Source: Welwitschia mirabilis
Lineage: Eukaryota
Direction: 5' to 3'
Length of the DNA stretch: 20,000 nucleotides
NCBI GenBank assembly: GCA_051453625.1
Contig: JBOZIK010000001.1
Location: forward strand, 49,779,795-49,799,794
Shown: positions 1 through 11,399 of the stretch, piece after piece
How the letters are laid out: the number at the start of each line of letters is the position of its first letter
Numbering within the stretch: the first letter of the stretch is position 1
Program-made: the position numbers and the translations under genes
Notes under the pieces: model-generated
What the model saw: only the letters and a program-made list of their open reading frames with translations
Told to the model about the DNA's origin: nothing
Database searches by the model: none

Positions 1-430
1 TCAGATAACAAAGTCCAGAAATATAAGGATCCAAGGGCTGCTATATTAACAGTTACTTTGGAAGGCGAATTTTTGCTTAATTATTGTTTAGTTAACTTGG
101 ATGCTAGTGTGAACCTTATATTTAAACATATAATGCAAGGTTGAAGTTGCAAGATAGACTAGAACCCATTAATGTTATGCTAGAAATGGCTAATGGATCA
201 TTAACAGGAGGCATAGGAATAATAAAAAATTTAGTGGTTCAAGTGGAAAAAGGATATTAACATATTGATTTTGTAGCTTATAAGTTTAATAGTAGTAATG
301 GTTATCCTTTAGTTTTAGAATCAGCTTGATTAGCAATAGTAAATGGAATAATCAACACAAGAAGTGATGTCATAACCTTACAATTTGGAAGTTATAAGCT
401 GGATGTAAAAGTATATAATACTACTAAAAG
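1..430 (+). pseudogene. Retrotransposon aspartic protease domain (Athila-type), frameshifted
   Basis: Frame 1 reads KYKDPRAAILTVTL...CLVNLDASVNLI (cf. KLKDPGSFTIPC...LCDLGASVNLM). After a frameshift it reads LEPINVMLEMANGS...GIIKNLVVQVEK...IDFVA...YPLVLES. Confidence 0.85.
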
Positions 431-969
431 ACATACAAGTTTGGATGATGAGGAATTAGATAGCATTAATAATGTAAGTTTGATAAATACATTTAACTTA
501 ATATCATCTAAAACAACAAAGGAAATCACCCTAGTTTTATATTTTAATTACTCATCTTTATAGTTTACAGGCAATTTGTTATTAGTGGAATGATCCCTTA
601 CTTCATCTAATCCTTGTAATTTGAATGAGGATTTGGTGGGGTTTACACCACATTTTAAGGAAGAAAAATTGATTAAGAGTCTAAGTAAATAAGAAAAGAA
701 ATTATCAAGGGAATACAACTATCTTCTAAGTGAGAACAGTCAATTAATATCAATTGTCACAAATGAAAAAAGGCTATTGCAATCATTGCAACTTAAACCA
801 TTAGCCTCCAACCTAAAGTATGTTTTCTTGAATAAAGATGATACTTAACCTCTAATTATTAGTTTATAATTAATATAATATCAAGAATAAAGTTTAATTC
901 AACTTTTAAAAGGAAAGTTAAAGCCTTTACATGGACTCATAGTGATCTTCTTGGAGTTTTACCACAATT

Positions 970-1620
970 GTGTATCATAAAATTTATTTAGATGCTAATA
1001 TTAAACCTGTATGATAGCCATAAAGGAGTTTGCATCCAATCCAAAATAGGTAGTTAAAGATGAAATTATTAAATTACTTAATGTGAGTATCATTTATCCA
1101 ATTACAAACAGCAAATGCATAAGTCCTATAACAGTTGTTCCTAATCAAGATAATAAATGGTAAGTTTGTATTAATTTTTATAAGATAAATCAAGTGATAA
1201 AAAAAGATCACTTTTCATTACCATTTATTGATTAAGTTTTTAACAAAATATAACATATAATTATTACTATTTATTGGATGGTTACAGTGGATATAATCAA
1301 ATATAGATTGCTCTAGAAGATCAACATATAACCACATTCGCTTCCTCATTTGGTGTGTATGCATTTCAGCATATGCCTTTTGGATTGTCCAAAAACTCAT
1401 GGATGATTTTTTAGTTTAGGGTTATTAATTTGATCAAACTTTGAGGAATTTAGAGATAGTTTTAGATAGATGTACAGAGAGTAGTCTCAAATAAAGTCAG
1501 AAAAAATCATTTTTTATGCTTACTAGAGGAGCAATATTGGGTCATGTTATTTCTTATGATAGTATTAAAATGGATCCTTCTAAAATTTCAGTCTTCAAAA
1601 TCTGCAACCATCTTCTAATG
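970..1620 (+). pseudogene. Ty3/Gypsy reverse transcriptase domain, with stops, frameshifts and an internal deletion
   Basis: HKIYLDANIKPV...VVKDEIIKLLNVSIIYPI...SPITVVP...W*VCINF...KKDHFSLPFID...LDGYSGYNQI*IALEDQHITTF...MPFGL (1373) / MDDF (1399)...ILGHVIS...IKMDPSKI. Confidence 0.92.
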
Positions 1621-1769
1621 TTAAGAAATTAGGATCTTTTCTATGTCACTCTAGATTTATTGAGGAGTACTTAAAGTTGTATAAACATTTACATCTCTTA
1701 ATCGAGAAGGGTATTTCATTTCTTTGGACTAAAATATTTTAATAAGCCTTTGATAATTTAAAAATCATA

Positions 1770-2110
1770 TTGATTGTTTCCCTAATCCTTCAAGGGCCTA
1801 CTTAAGATTATCCTTTTGAATTGATGACTGGTGTTAGTAGTTATGGTATTGGAGTTGTTTTGGATTAAAATATAGACAAGAAACATCATGTAATTTTTTT
1901 ATTTTGACTACACTTTAAATGCTATCCAATGCAATTACTCTATCACATAAATAGAAGTTCTTGTTGTTGTGCTATCATTTGATAAATTATGCCATTATCT
2001 TGTTGGTTTTCACACTAATGTTTATACAAATCATGCTACACTGAAGTACATGCTAGCTAACCTCACTTGAACTCTTATTACTTAATTGGATTTTTCTTCT
2101 TTAAGAATTT
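1770..2110 (+). pseudogene. Gypsy RNase H domain, copy A
   Basis: LILQGP..DYPFELMTGVSSYGIGVVLD*...NYSIT*IEVLVVVLSFDKLCHYLVGFHTNVYTNHATLKYML (cf. PFELMCDASDYAVGAVLGQ...NYTTTEKELLAVVFAFDKFRSYL...VYTDHAALKYL). Confidence 0.88.
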
Positions 2111-2537
2111 AACATTGCCATTATTAATAAAAAAAGAAACTAAAAATCTTATTGCTAATCACCTCTATTATTTACTTGTTCATCCTGATAAAAAATGTTA
2201 AGATAACTCTTTTGAATAATTTTCATATGAAGGAATCTTTCAGGTTCATACTTATTATTCATTCCTTCCTGATCCTTGATATGCAGACATTGCCAATTAT
2301 CTTGTATATCATTAAAAACCCAAACAGTGATCTACTCTTAAACATATGGTATTCTTGCATCAAATTAACCATTATTATTGAATACCTCCTTATCTTNNNN
2401 NNNNNNNNNNNNNNNNNNNNNNNNNNNNNNNNNNNNNNNNNNNNNNNNNNNNNNNNNNNNNNNNNNNNNNNNNNNNNNNNNNNNNNNNNNNNNNNNTTAA
2501 AATTTTTTAAAAAGCCTTTGATAATTTAAAAACCAAG

Positions 2538-2880
2538 TTGAGTGTTTCCCCAATCCTTCAAGGGCCTAATTGAGATTATCCTTTTAAATTGATAACTAAT
2601 ATTAGTAGCTATGATATTGGAGATGTTTTGAATTAAAAGATAGCCAAGAAACATTATATAATTTTTTATTTTTACTACACTTTAAATGCTATCCAATGCA
2701 ATTACTCTATCACAGAAAGAGAAATTCTTGTTGTTGTGCTATCATTTGATAAATTCTGCCATTATCTGGTTGGTTTTTACACTAATGTTTATACAAATCA
2801 TGCTACACTAAAGTACATACTAGCTAGACCTCACTTGAACTCTTATTACTTAATTGGATTTTGCTTCTCTAAGAATTTGA
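2538..2880 (+). pseudogene. Gypsy RNase H domain, copy B (diverged duplicate after the gap)
   Basis: Same motifs: SPILQGPN*DYPFKLITNISSYDIGDVLN*...NYSITEREILVVVLSFDKFCHYLVGFYTNVYTNHATLKYIL. The start of supplied ORF 2736..3116 is this frame. Confidence 0.88.
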
Positions 2881-3189
2881 CATTGCCATTATTAATAAAA
2901 AAGAAACTAAAAATCTTATTACTAATCACCTCTATCATTTACTTGTTCAACCTGATAAAAAATATCAAGATAACTCTTTTGAATAATTTCCATATGAAGA
3001 AATCTTTCATGTTCATACTTATTGTTCATTCCTTCCTGATCCTTGGTATGCAGACATTGATAATTATCTTGTATATCATTAAACACGTAAACAATAATCT
3101 ACTCTTTAACATATGATATTCTTGCATCGAATTAACCATTATTATTGAATACATTATTATCTTTTTAAAATATGTATTAATAACATGAT

Positions 3190-4286
3190 TAGACGATGTG
3201 TGCCAAAGTGAGAGCATAAATAAATTTTGAGCTTATGTCATAATGTATTAGAAGGAGGCCATTTTGATGGTGAAAAGACAACAATTAAAATCTTTCATGT
3301 AGGTTTATATTAGTCAACTATTTTTAAAGATGCCAGTGATTTTGTGAAGATATGTGATAAGTGTTAGAAGAAAAGAAGAATTAGAAGCAAAGATCAGATG
3401 CCACATCAACTAATCTTAGAATGTTAACCCTTTGATTGTTGAGGGCTAAATTTCATAAAATCCATAGAACCTTCATCTCATAAAAAATCCTATATCATTG
3501 TAGTAATAGACTATGAAACACATTGGACAGAGGCTATTGCAATAATCAAGATGATGAAAAAATAGTTTGCAAATTTCTTAAAATTTATGTTTTAGCAAGA
3601 TTTAGTTTTTCTCATATCTTATTTTCTTACTAAGAAACTCATGTTATAAATAATATAGTAAGCAAACCACTAACTTTAAATGGAATTGATTATAGAGTTG
3701 TAAATGTGTGTCACCCCCAAACTAATGCACTGATAAAAAGAGGAATATAGAGAAATCAAGTGAATATTAGCAAAGTAATCAACACCCACAAGATACATTG
3801 GAGTGACAAGTTAGATGAAGTGATTTGAGCTTACAGAACAACCTATAGGAATGTTTTGAATTATACCCCATATGAATTATTTATGGAAACTAATGCGTGT
3901 TACTAGATAAACTTATTTTTCAATATCTGAAAGCCATTACTTGTCTTAACACTACAAATCCATTGATTAATGTCCATCATTGGGTAGGTCAACTTAATTC
4001 ATTGGATGAACAAAGAATGCAGCTACGAAATAGATAACTTCTAATGAAGGAAAAAATAAAAGTTGAACATGATAAGCACCTATGTAAAAAAATCTTTATT
4101 GAAGGTGATTATGTTCTTTTATTTGATTCTAGGTTAAGTCATCTTCATAATAAATTGATGTCTAGATGGCAAGGTCCTTTTAAAGTTATCTAATAATATA
4201 TCAATGGATTAGTTTTTCTCACAAATTTGGATGGGAATGGCACTTTTATAGTGAATGGTTAATGTTTAAAATCTTATTATTCTTAG
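3190..4286 (+). pseudogene. Gypsy integrase (HHCC zinc finger, core, GPF motif), end of pol
   Basis: CHNVLEGGHFDGEKTTIKI...FKDASDFVKICDKC (HHCC), PFDC*GLNFI, YIIVVIDYETHWTEAIA, CHPQTN, WSDKLDEVI*AYRTTY, SRWQGPF (about 4161-4181), VNG*CLKSYYS* ending at 4286. Confidence 0.92.
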
Positions 4287-4529
4287 AATATTATTAAGTA
4301 ATATTTAAATTTAATAGAGGTAATATCTCTCGAGGAGTTAGACTATGTGTTGTTTAGCTCACATTCACTATTATTTAATCAAGTTTAAATTATGCTTTTA
4401 CTGTAAATACTATATATATTTAAAATAATAGTTCTTTTGGTATTATACAACATACATTTATCTAAGGATGGCTACATCTTTTACAACTAGTAAGAGNNNN
4501 NNNNNNNNNNNNNNNNNNNNNNNNNNNNN

Positions 4530-5209
4530 TAATCTATGTAGTAGGTGCTAATAATCCATAAGGCTAGTGTTTTTTTAATACTACCATAACAATTTGGATC
4601 TCTTGAGCTTATCATCTAGAGTTCTAGAGTTTAATTATCTAATGGTACTTAGTACTTTAACATTTAAAAATGTTTTGAGTATGGTCTAAAACTTTGTGAG
4701 GAGAAATTCTAAGGACTAAATTGATATTATACCATCTGTTGACAGTACAATTGGCAGTCAGTTCTTTGTCCCATCTGAGGAGTACACTTATTAAGGTGCT
4801 AAGCTAATTNNNNNNNNNNNNNNNNNNNNNNNNNNNNNNNNNNNNNNNNNNNNNNNNNNNNNNNNNNNNNNNNNNNNNNNNNNNNNNNNNNNNNNNNNNN
4901 NNNNNNNNNTATACTATCCATATATACAAAGAATCTATGTAGCATGTGCTAATAATCCATAAGGTTGGAGTTTTTCAATACTATCATGACAATTTGGATC
5001 TCCTGAGCCGATCATCTAGAGTTCTAGATTTGAATTATCTAATGGGGCTTAGTACTTTAACATTTGAAAATGTTTTGGATATGATCTAAAACTTTGTGAG
5101 GATTAATTCTAGGGTCTTAGTTGATATTGTATCATCTATTGGTGATAAAATTGGTAGTCAATTCTTTATCCCATCTGAGAAGTACACTTAATAAGATGCT
5201 AAGTTAATT
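4530..5209 (+). repeat. Diverged direct repeat across a gap: 4530-4809 vs about 4931-5209
   Basis: AATCTATGTAG...GCTAATAATCCATAAGG...CCCATCTGAG...GCTAAG(C/T)TAATT present in both. Confidence 0.93.
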
Positions 5210-5249
5210 TATTACTACATAAATTAGTTTTACTTAGAAGAAAATGAAA

Positions 5250-5581
5250 TGAAACAACATATTAAAAAACATTAAAAAATGCAAAGCTCATCTTATTGGT
5301 AATAATTTTTCTGGTTGCCCTATGAAATTATTTATTTGTATATATCTAGCACTTAATTATCTATNNNNNNNNNNNNNNNNNNNNNNNNNNNNNNNNNNNN
5401 NNNNNNNNNNNNNNNNNNNNNNNNNNNNNNNNNNNNNNNNNNNNNNNNNNNNNNNNNNNNNNNNAATAAGGCAACATATTAAAAAACATTAAAAAATGCA
5501 TAGCTCATCTTATTGGTAATAATTTTTATGGTTGTCCTATGAAATTCTTTGTTTGTATATATTTAGCACTTAATTATCTAT
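5250..5581 (+). repeat. Diverged direct repeat across a gap: about 5250-5364 vs 5465-5581
   Basis: CAACATATTAAAAAACATTAAAAAATGCA...CACTTAATTATCTAT present in both. Confidence 0.92.
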
Positions 5582-6928
5582 AAATATTTTTTTACTTACT
5601 ATAATTTAGGCTGGGGAGATGAATTCCTATATGTACATAGGCCTATTTTAACCTCCTCTTTTTATAAAACCTAAATGTTCTTTTTCAATGTCAAATAGTT
5701 CTTGAATATAATGAGATTTCTCTAAATGTTTGTCATTCACTATCTAAATTTTTAGCATTCTCTCTAATAGTGAAACACTGACTCATGTTAAGCTAAGATA
5801 TCTAACACTTACTGTTTTATTATCATTTTAATAGCTCAAGTAAATAGCTTCAATAGGTACGAGTATTAGAAGGAAGTATTGTTATTGTCATAATTTCCCA
5901 TATTTGAAGTTCTTTACTAACATATAGAGGTTACATAAAGACATCAATTTAGGTATTAGGTTTAGAGACTAATTAGTTATCAAATTCTAAAATTATCATG
6001 CATCTAACCAACTAGAAACTTATCTTTCATTTTTCTATAATCTTTTGAACAATGCTTATATGCAAATATGATGCAAAAGTGATGTGAAGGCTTAGTCTAA
6101 ACCTTCAGTATGCTGACATGTGTCCTTACTAATATGCATAAAGTTGCAACTTAACTTTGTAAAAAACATCTATCTCACCAAATGCCATATGTCCTGATGC
6201 AAAATTTGCATACTTCATGCATTTAAAAGCCCTTCAAAATACTTACCTTGTTATTTCCACCTTGCATTTCATTCACCTAGAACCCTACATTTGCCTATAC
6301 TTAATAATGCATTACTATGTTTATTTCATGATATTTCTCAATTGTTGAATTATTCTGCATCCTCTAGCAATGGAGGTAATGTTCTTCTATCAGAAATGAA
6401 CTTCATTTTCATTATTCCTTTATATAAAATGCATTATCTTTGCTTTCTATTCCATTATTCTTAAACTCTTCATCTTTGACAAATTTGTTCTTTTTTATTT
6501 TTCAAAGTAAAATTTTCTTTAGTGGAGAATGGCAATAGTTGATAGAAAAAAGGGTGAAAATGGGCTTCTAATAGAAACATATCATAGAAATATATTCTCC
6601 AAATTTTTATGTGTAAACATATGCCTTCTTTCTTTTCTGAAGGGCGTTTAGCATTTAGAGTTGCTATTATAGATGTTAATATAGTGAATTAACAACTCTA
6701 ATAAGTTGGAAATAATAAAATATCACTATATTTTAGTTCCTAAACCTTCCAACAGNNNNNNNNNNNNNNNNNNNNNNNNNNNNNNNNNNNNNNNNNNNNN
6801 NNNNNNNNNNNNNNNNNNNNNNNNNNNNNNNNNNNNNNNNNNNNNNNNNNNNNNNAGTTGAAAACAATAAAATCTTACTATATTTTAGTTTCTAAACCTT
6901 CCAGCAGTTCTTGTACATGCACTTAACA

Positions 6929-9925
6929 ATGAAATCTTGGGAAAAACATGCTAGAATATCAACACGTCCTTGTAGATTTTAAGAAGAGGAAATTAGCCTA
7001 GAATAAAGAGAATGAACCATAAAAATTTTCAATAATTAATGAAATGCAAAGTAAAGAAGGGCCTTTGAAGTCTAAAAATGCAAATCTTCTGTGAAATACC
7101 AAACAATTGTAGAAAAGTTAAAAGATAAGCAAAAATCACTACAGAATTGAGAAAGCAAAAACGTGTAGAAAAAGAAGAAACTTCTAAAAAGAACTTGGTT
7201 AAATAGACAATAGAAAAGTTACTAGAAACTCNNNNNNNNNNNNNNNNNNNNNNNNNNNNNNNNNNNNNNNNNNNNNNNNNNNNNNNNNNNNNNNNNNNNN
7301 NNNNNNNNNNNNNNNNNNNNNNNNNNNNNNNAACACCTTCCTAGGAATAGAATACTAATTAATCTAACTATTTAAAAAAAGTCATGATAGAAACTTATAG
7401 ACAATCCAGACCTAATTAAATACTTGATCTAATACTAAAACATGAACCAATAAAAAAAACATATTTTGAAGGCAAAAATAAAGGCAACTAACGAATCTAA
7501 AGGGAAGTAGGTTTAGAAGAATTCTAGAGTCAAAACTAAAGCATAGATTCAAAAGGAAACTAAAGAGGAATAATAACAAAAAGAATAAGAGAATGAATAG
7601 CCAATGACTGAAACATTAAAATAAATTCTTGAGCCTCTTTAACTTACTAGTTAGAAACTTATCAAAAGTAAATCTTCCTCCAAGGATAAGGCAAATAGGT
7701 TGATAGCACTATCACTATTTAGGAATAAGTTGTAGATCAGCCAAATAATTTAGATGAACAGTTAATAGAGATTGCTAGATGACCAAAAACTGAATAACTA
7801 CTTGACATTAAACAAGTGGACATGCCAAAGAGGAGAAAAATAAAACAAAAACTGAATCACAGGAAGAGCCCAAGGAATATACAAGAAAATGAAAGTATGA
7901 GAACTAGCTAGAAGTAAAAGTAAACTAAGAAACTAGCTAAAGTTGTAGTAATGAAGGAGGTTCTAGCTCCTATGGAAAGAAGTTCTAAAACCAAAGTTAA
8001 CAAATGATTAAAGACACAGGTTGTAGAAGAAAATCTTTCTAAAATGCAGGAATAGCCAAAACATAAGTAGAAATATCATGAAATGGAATAGAAAAGATCT
8101 TCACTACCTAAAGTAAAGATGACTATGCAAGATTACATTCAGCATTTGATAGACTGATGAACATAAATTCAAGCTTATGAGTATGATTGAATGGTTTTTT
8201 ATAGAAGAAATTAACATGTTACCATTATTTTCCCATCTCTTTCTAATTATTTATGATAGAAGTAAAGGTTTGGAATTTGATTATTTAGTCTCTTACCAAG
8301 GCAAGTATTTTTCATAGGAGGTCAAATAATTTTATGGTAGCCTCAAATTAGAAATCTGATTTTCTACTACTGCTGATGTAAAGGATATTCTTTTTGCTTC
8401 TATGAATAATGTTCAAGTTAAAATTGATCCTGAGATCATGAGGTAAGTTATAGCAACGTCCTATGAAAATGTTCCTATTTGGAAGAAGAACCATAAAGTA
8501 GAAAACAGGAAAAGAGTTATTATTGTAGCAAAAAATAAAGACATTCTAAAATCCTATGCATTAGAAATANNNNNNNNNNNNNNNNNNNNNNNNNNNNNNN
8601 NNNNNNNNNNNNNNNNNNNNNNNNNNNNNNNNNNNNNNNNNNNNNNNNNNNNNNNNNNNNNNNNNNNNNAATCTAAGTTTTTGAAAAAAAGTCATGATAG
8701 AAACTTATAGACAGTCTAAACCTAATTAAGTACCTAATTTAATTCTAAAACATGAACCACTAAAAAAACATATTTTAAAGGCAAAAATAAAGGAAACTAA
8801 GGAATCTAAAGGGAAGTAAGTTCAAAAGACTTATAGAGTCAAAAATAAAGCACAGATTCAAAAGGAAACTAAAGAGAAATAATTATAAAAAGAATAAGAG
8901 AATGAATAGCCAATGACCGAAACATTGTAATAAATCCTTGAGGCTCTTCAACTTATTAGTTAGAAACTTATCAAAAGTCAATCTTCCTCCAAGGATAAGG
9001 AAAAGAGTGTTGATAGCACTATCACTATTTAGGAATAAGTTGTAGATCAGCCAGATAATTTAGATGAAAACTTGATAGAGATTGCTAAATGACCAAGTTC
9101 TAAATAGCTACTTTACCCTAAACAAGTGGACATGCCAAAGAGAAAAAGAAAAACAAAAACCAAACCACAGGAAGAGTCCAAGAAATATATAAGAAAAGTA
9201 AGGATGAATAACTAGCTAGAAGTAAAAGTAAATTAAGAAAATTAGCTGAAGCTGTAGTATTGGAGGAGGTGCTAGCTCCTATGGAAAGAAGTTCTAAAAA
9301 CAAAGATACCACACAATTAAAGACACAGGTTGTAGCAAAAAATCTTTTTAAAATGTAGGAATAGCTAAAAGATAAGTATGAATATCATAAAATAGAATAG
9401 AAAAGTTCTTCACTACCTAAAGTGAAGATGACTATGCAATATTACATTCAGCAGTTGATAGACTAATGAACATAAATTCAAGCTTATGGGTATGATTGAA
9501 TGGTTTTTTAGAGAATAAATTAACATGTTACCATTATTTCCCTAGCTCTTTATAATTATTTATGATAGAAATAAAGGTTTGGAATTAAATTATTTAGTCT
9601 CTCACCAAGGCAAGTATTTTTCTTAGGAGGTCAAATAATTTTATGATAGCCTCAAATTAGAAACTCGATTTTCTACTACTACTGATGTAAAGGATGTTCC
9701 TTTTGCTTCTATGGATAATGTTCAAGTTAAAATTAATCCTGAGATCATTAGGTAAGTTATAGAAATGCCCTATGAAAATGTTCCTATTTGGAAGGAGAAA
9801 CATAAAGTAGAAAATAGGAAAAGAGTTGCTCTTGTAGCCAAAAATGAAGGCATTCTGAAAGCCTATGCATTAGAAATAGTAGAAGGATGGAAGTGGGACA
9901 TGTTAAAACTAGCCTAGAGAATTTT
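6929..9925 (+). pseudogene. Decayed extra (env-like) ORF of the Athila-like element, partly duplicated across the gap at 8570-8669 and truncated by the Copia LTR
   Basis: Purine-rich sense strand. From ATG 6929 it reads MKSWEKHARISTRPCRF*EEEISLE*RE*..., with stops explicable as CAA/CGA>TAA/TGA and an E/K-rich N-terminal part. The later part GLEFDYLVSYQGKYFS*EVK*FYGSL...ASMNNVQVKIDPEIMR*VI...MLKLA*RIF resembles, from memory, the YPxLVxEFYANL-type domain of plant retroelement extra ORFs. Confidence 0.6.
7361..9878 (+). repeat. Diverged direct repeat across a gap: 7361-8569 vs 8670-9878 (about 1.2 kb)
   Basis: Collinear from AAAAAAAGTCATGATAGAAACTTATAGAC to CCTATGCATTAGAAATA, with scattered substitutions. 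Confidence 0.95.
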
Positions 9926-11399
9926 TGTTGGTAAAATTCCAAATTTTAATGATTCCACTTATCAAATTTGATATGTCTAATGCGAAGACAAGAAAAATTC
10001 AAGAACATCAAATTACAAATAGAATCAAGCTCGTCAAACCTCAAAGTTTAAAGTATATAGAAGATTTAGCTCAAAATTCATAAAGGATAGATACAAGTGA
10101 CTGAAGAAATCTACATATCTAAAAATGTATATGATAAAGAAGTCTACTATATTAAATATGTCTAGGTTAAATTAGAGTTCATCATATGGGATGATATTTG
10201 TTACATTAAAGACATGTAAATTGAACCAAAAAGCTGAGATTAGGTGAAAGATGTCTAGCAAATTAAAGATGTTTATACTGGTTTTACTATTGAAAGACAT
10301 TTATAGAATCGAAGATGTATGTTCTAAACTGAAAGAGGTAATAGAGATAAATTATACTATGATAAATTATCTACATTCTAAGAAATTAGATAAGTTTTAC
10401 ACATTAAATTCATGATCTCCAAGGGTTAGACATATAGTAGTTCAAGTCTTACAAAAATATAGAAAGTTTGACCAAAGATGTCTTTTAGGATAAAGATGTC
10501 TTCCTTGTAGAAACATCTACTATGTCAAAGACATCTACCCAAAAAAATTGATGAAAAATAAAGTAACCATTGAATGATCAAAACTTAACCATTTTTAGCT
10601 TTTGCGCAATGTTTAAACATTTTCAAACAATAATATCTATAGGGTAAGATTTAGTGAAACTATATGAACCTTCTAATACCCAAAAAATTTCAATTAATTT
10701 TTAGCTTTTTCCAATAGAAAGGTAAGAAAGACATTAAAAGTATAAAAATGCACAAAGTATAAATAAAAAGAGTTACATGCATGGGTGATTGACACTACTC
10801 ACAAAGATTTTTATAATCTTAATAAAGAAGACCATTTAATAAATACATTACTCGATCATTAACTCTTCCATAGCTGCATCACTCTAATCTTATACTTATG
10901 GATGACTATAACAAGAAGAGCTCAAGCATTCCATCAAAGTGACATCTTTCAGGCTTTTTGTTTTTTTTTATTAACATTTACTTCATGTACAACTATCAAA
11001 TTTTTGAATTCATTCATTATAGTCCATTACTTATTATTATCATTAGGATCCCTTTCTTGGCATTCTAAATTATAAGGCAACCCTTATATGGGTGTGCTTC
11101 CTTAAGTGCCTATGAAAAAAAATTATTTTTATCTCTTATAATTCCTGAGAGGAAGAGAGTACTTCCTTGAAAGGAGTACCTCATTTATATGTAAGGTTGG
11201 TTGTGCTTCAAAACCCTTATTTTGCAAGCTAAGGATATCCAAATATGTGAAGGGAATCCACCCTCTCTATGTGGATGTACACTGTTTAGGGAAACATTAA
11301 TTTAGTAAGGTCATTGTTGTGTATTTTTATTTGACTTAAGTCATAATTTTAATTTGGTATACCTAATTCATCCCTCTCCTCTGAGTTCAATTATCTCTA
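9926..11399 (+). repeat. 5' LTR of the Sirevirus-like element (about 1.47 kb)
   Basis: Starts TGTTGG at 9926, where the env-like frame stops. Ends ...CTCTA (CA>TA) two bases before the PBS. Contains the C-rich subterminal motif CCTAATTCATCCCTCTCCTCT (about 11362-11382, cf. CTATTCACCCCCCTCT), an array of palindromic motifs and a TATAAATA. The 5' boundary has no second LTR or TSD to confirm it. Confidence 0.72.
10758..10765 (+). promoter_or_regulatory. Candidate LTR TATA box
   Basis: TATAAATA lies downstream of the palindromic motif array, the usual Sirevirus LTR arrangement. The motif is weak in AT-rich DNA. Confidence 0.35.

Larger units (their letters stand above)
1728..3163 (+). repeat. 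Diverged direct repeat across a gap: 1728-2396 vs 2497-3163
   Basis: Collinear match seen by eye, with 16 mismatches in the first 120 bp compared (1741-1860), mostly transitions. Confidence 0.95.
1..9925 (+). mobile_element. Degenerate Ty3/Gypsy non-chromovirus (Athila-like) LTR retrotransposon, internal region (pol, spacer, env-like ORF); LTRs not in the window
   Basis: Manual translation gives PR, RT, RH, INT in Gypsy order with Athila-type motifs (KDP...LVNLDASVNLI; LQLKPLASNLKYVFL; KDHFSLPFID; SRWQGPF; VNG*CLKSYY). There is no chromodomain after INT, and a second decayed ORF lies downstream. Confidence 0.85.

Noticed and set aside
1770..2880. Dual RNase H as in Tat/Ogre elements
   Set aside because: The two RH copies are near-identical nucleotide duplicates split by a 100-N gap, not an additional archaeal-type RNase H.
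2152..3116. Hydrophobic 125-126 aa ORFs that look like a duplicated membrane protein
   Set aside because: They are off-frame readings of the decayed RH-INT linker. Only the first ~30 aa of 2736..3116 are in the RNase H frame, and the hydrophobicity reflects AT richness.
7361..9878. The 1.2-kb direct repeats as an LTR pair
   Set aside because: There are no TG...CA termini, PBS or PPT. The repeats lie within a coding-like frame and abut a gap like the other duplicates.
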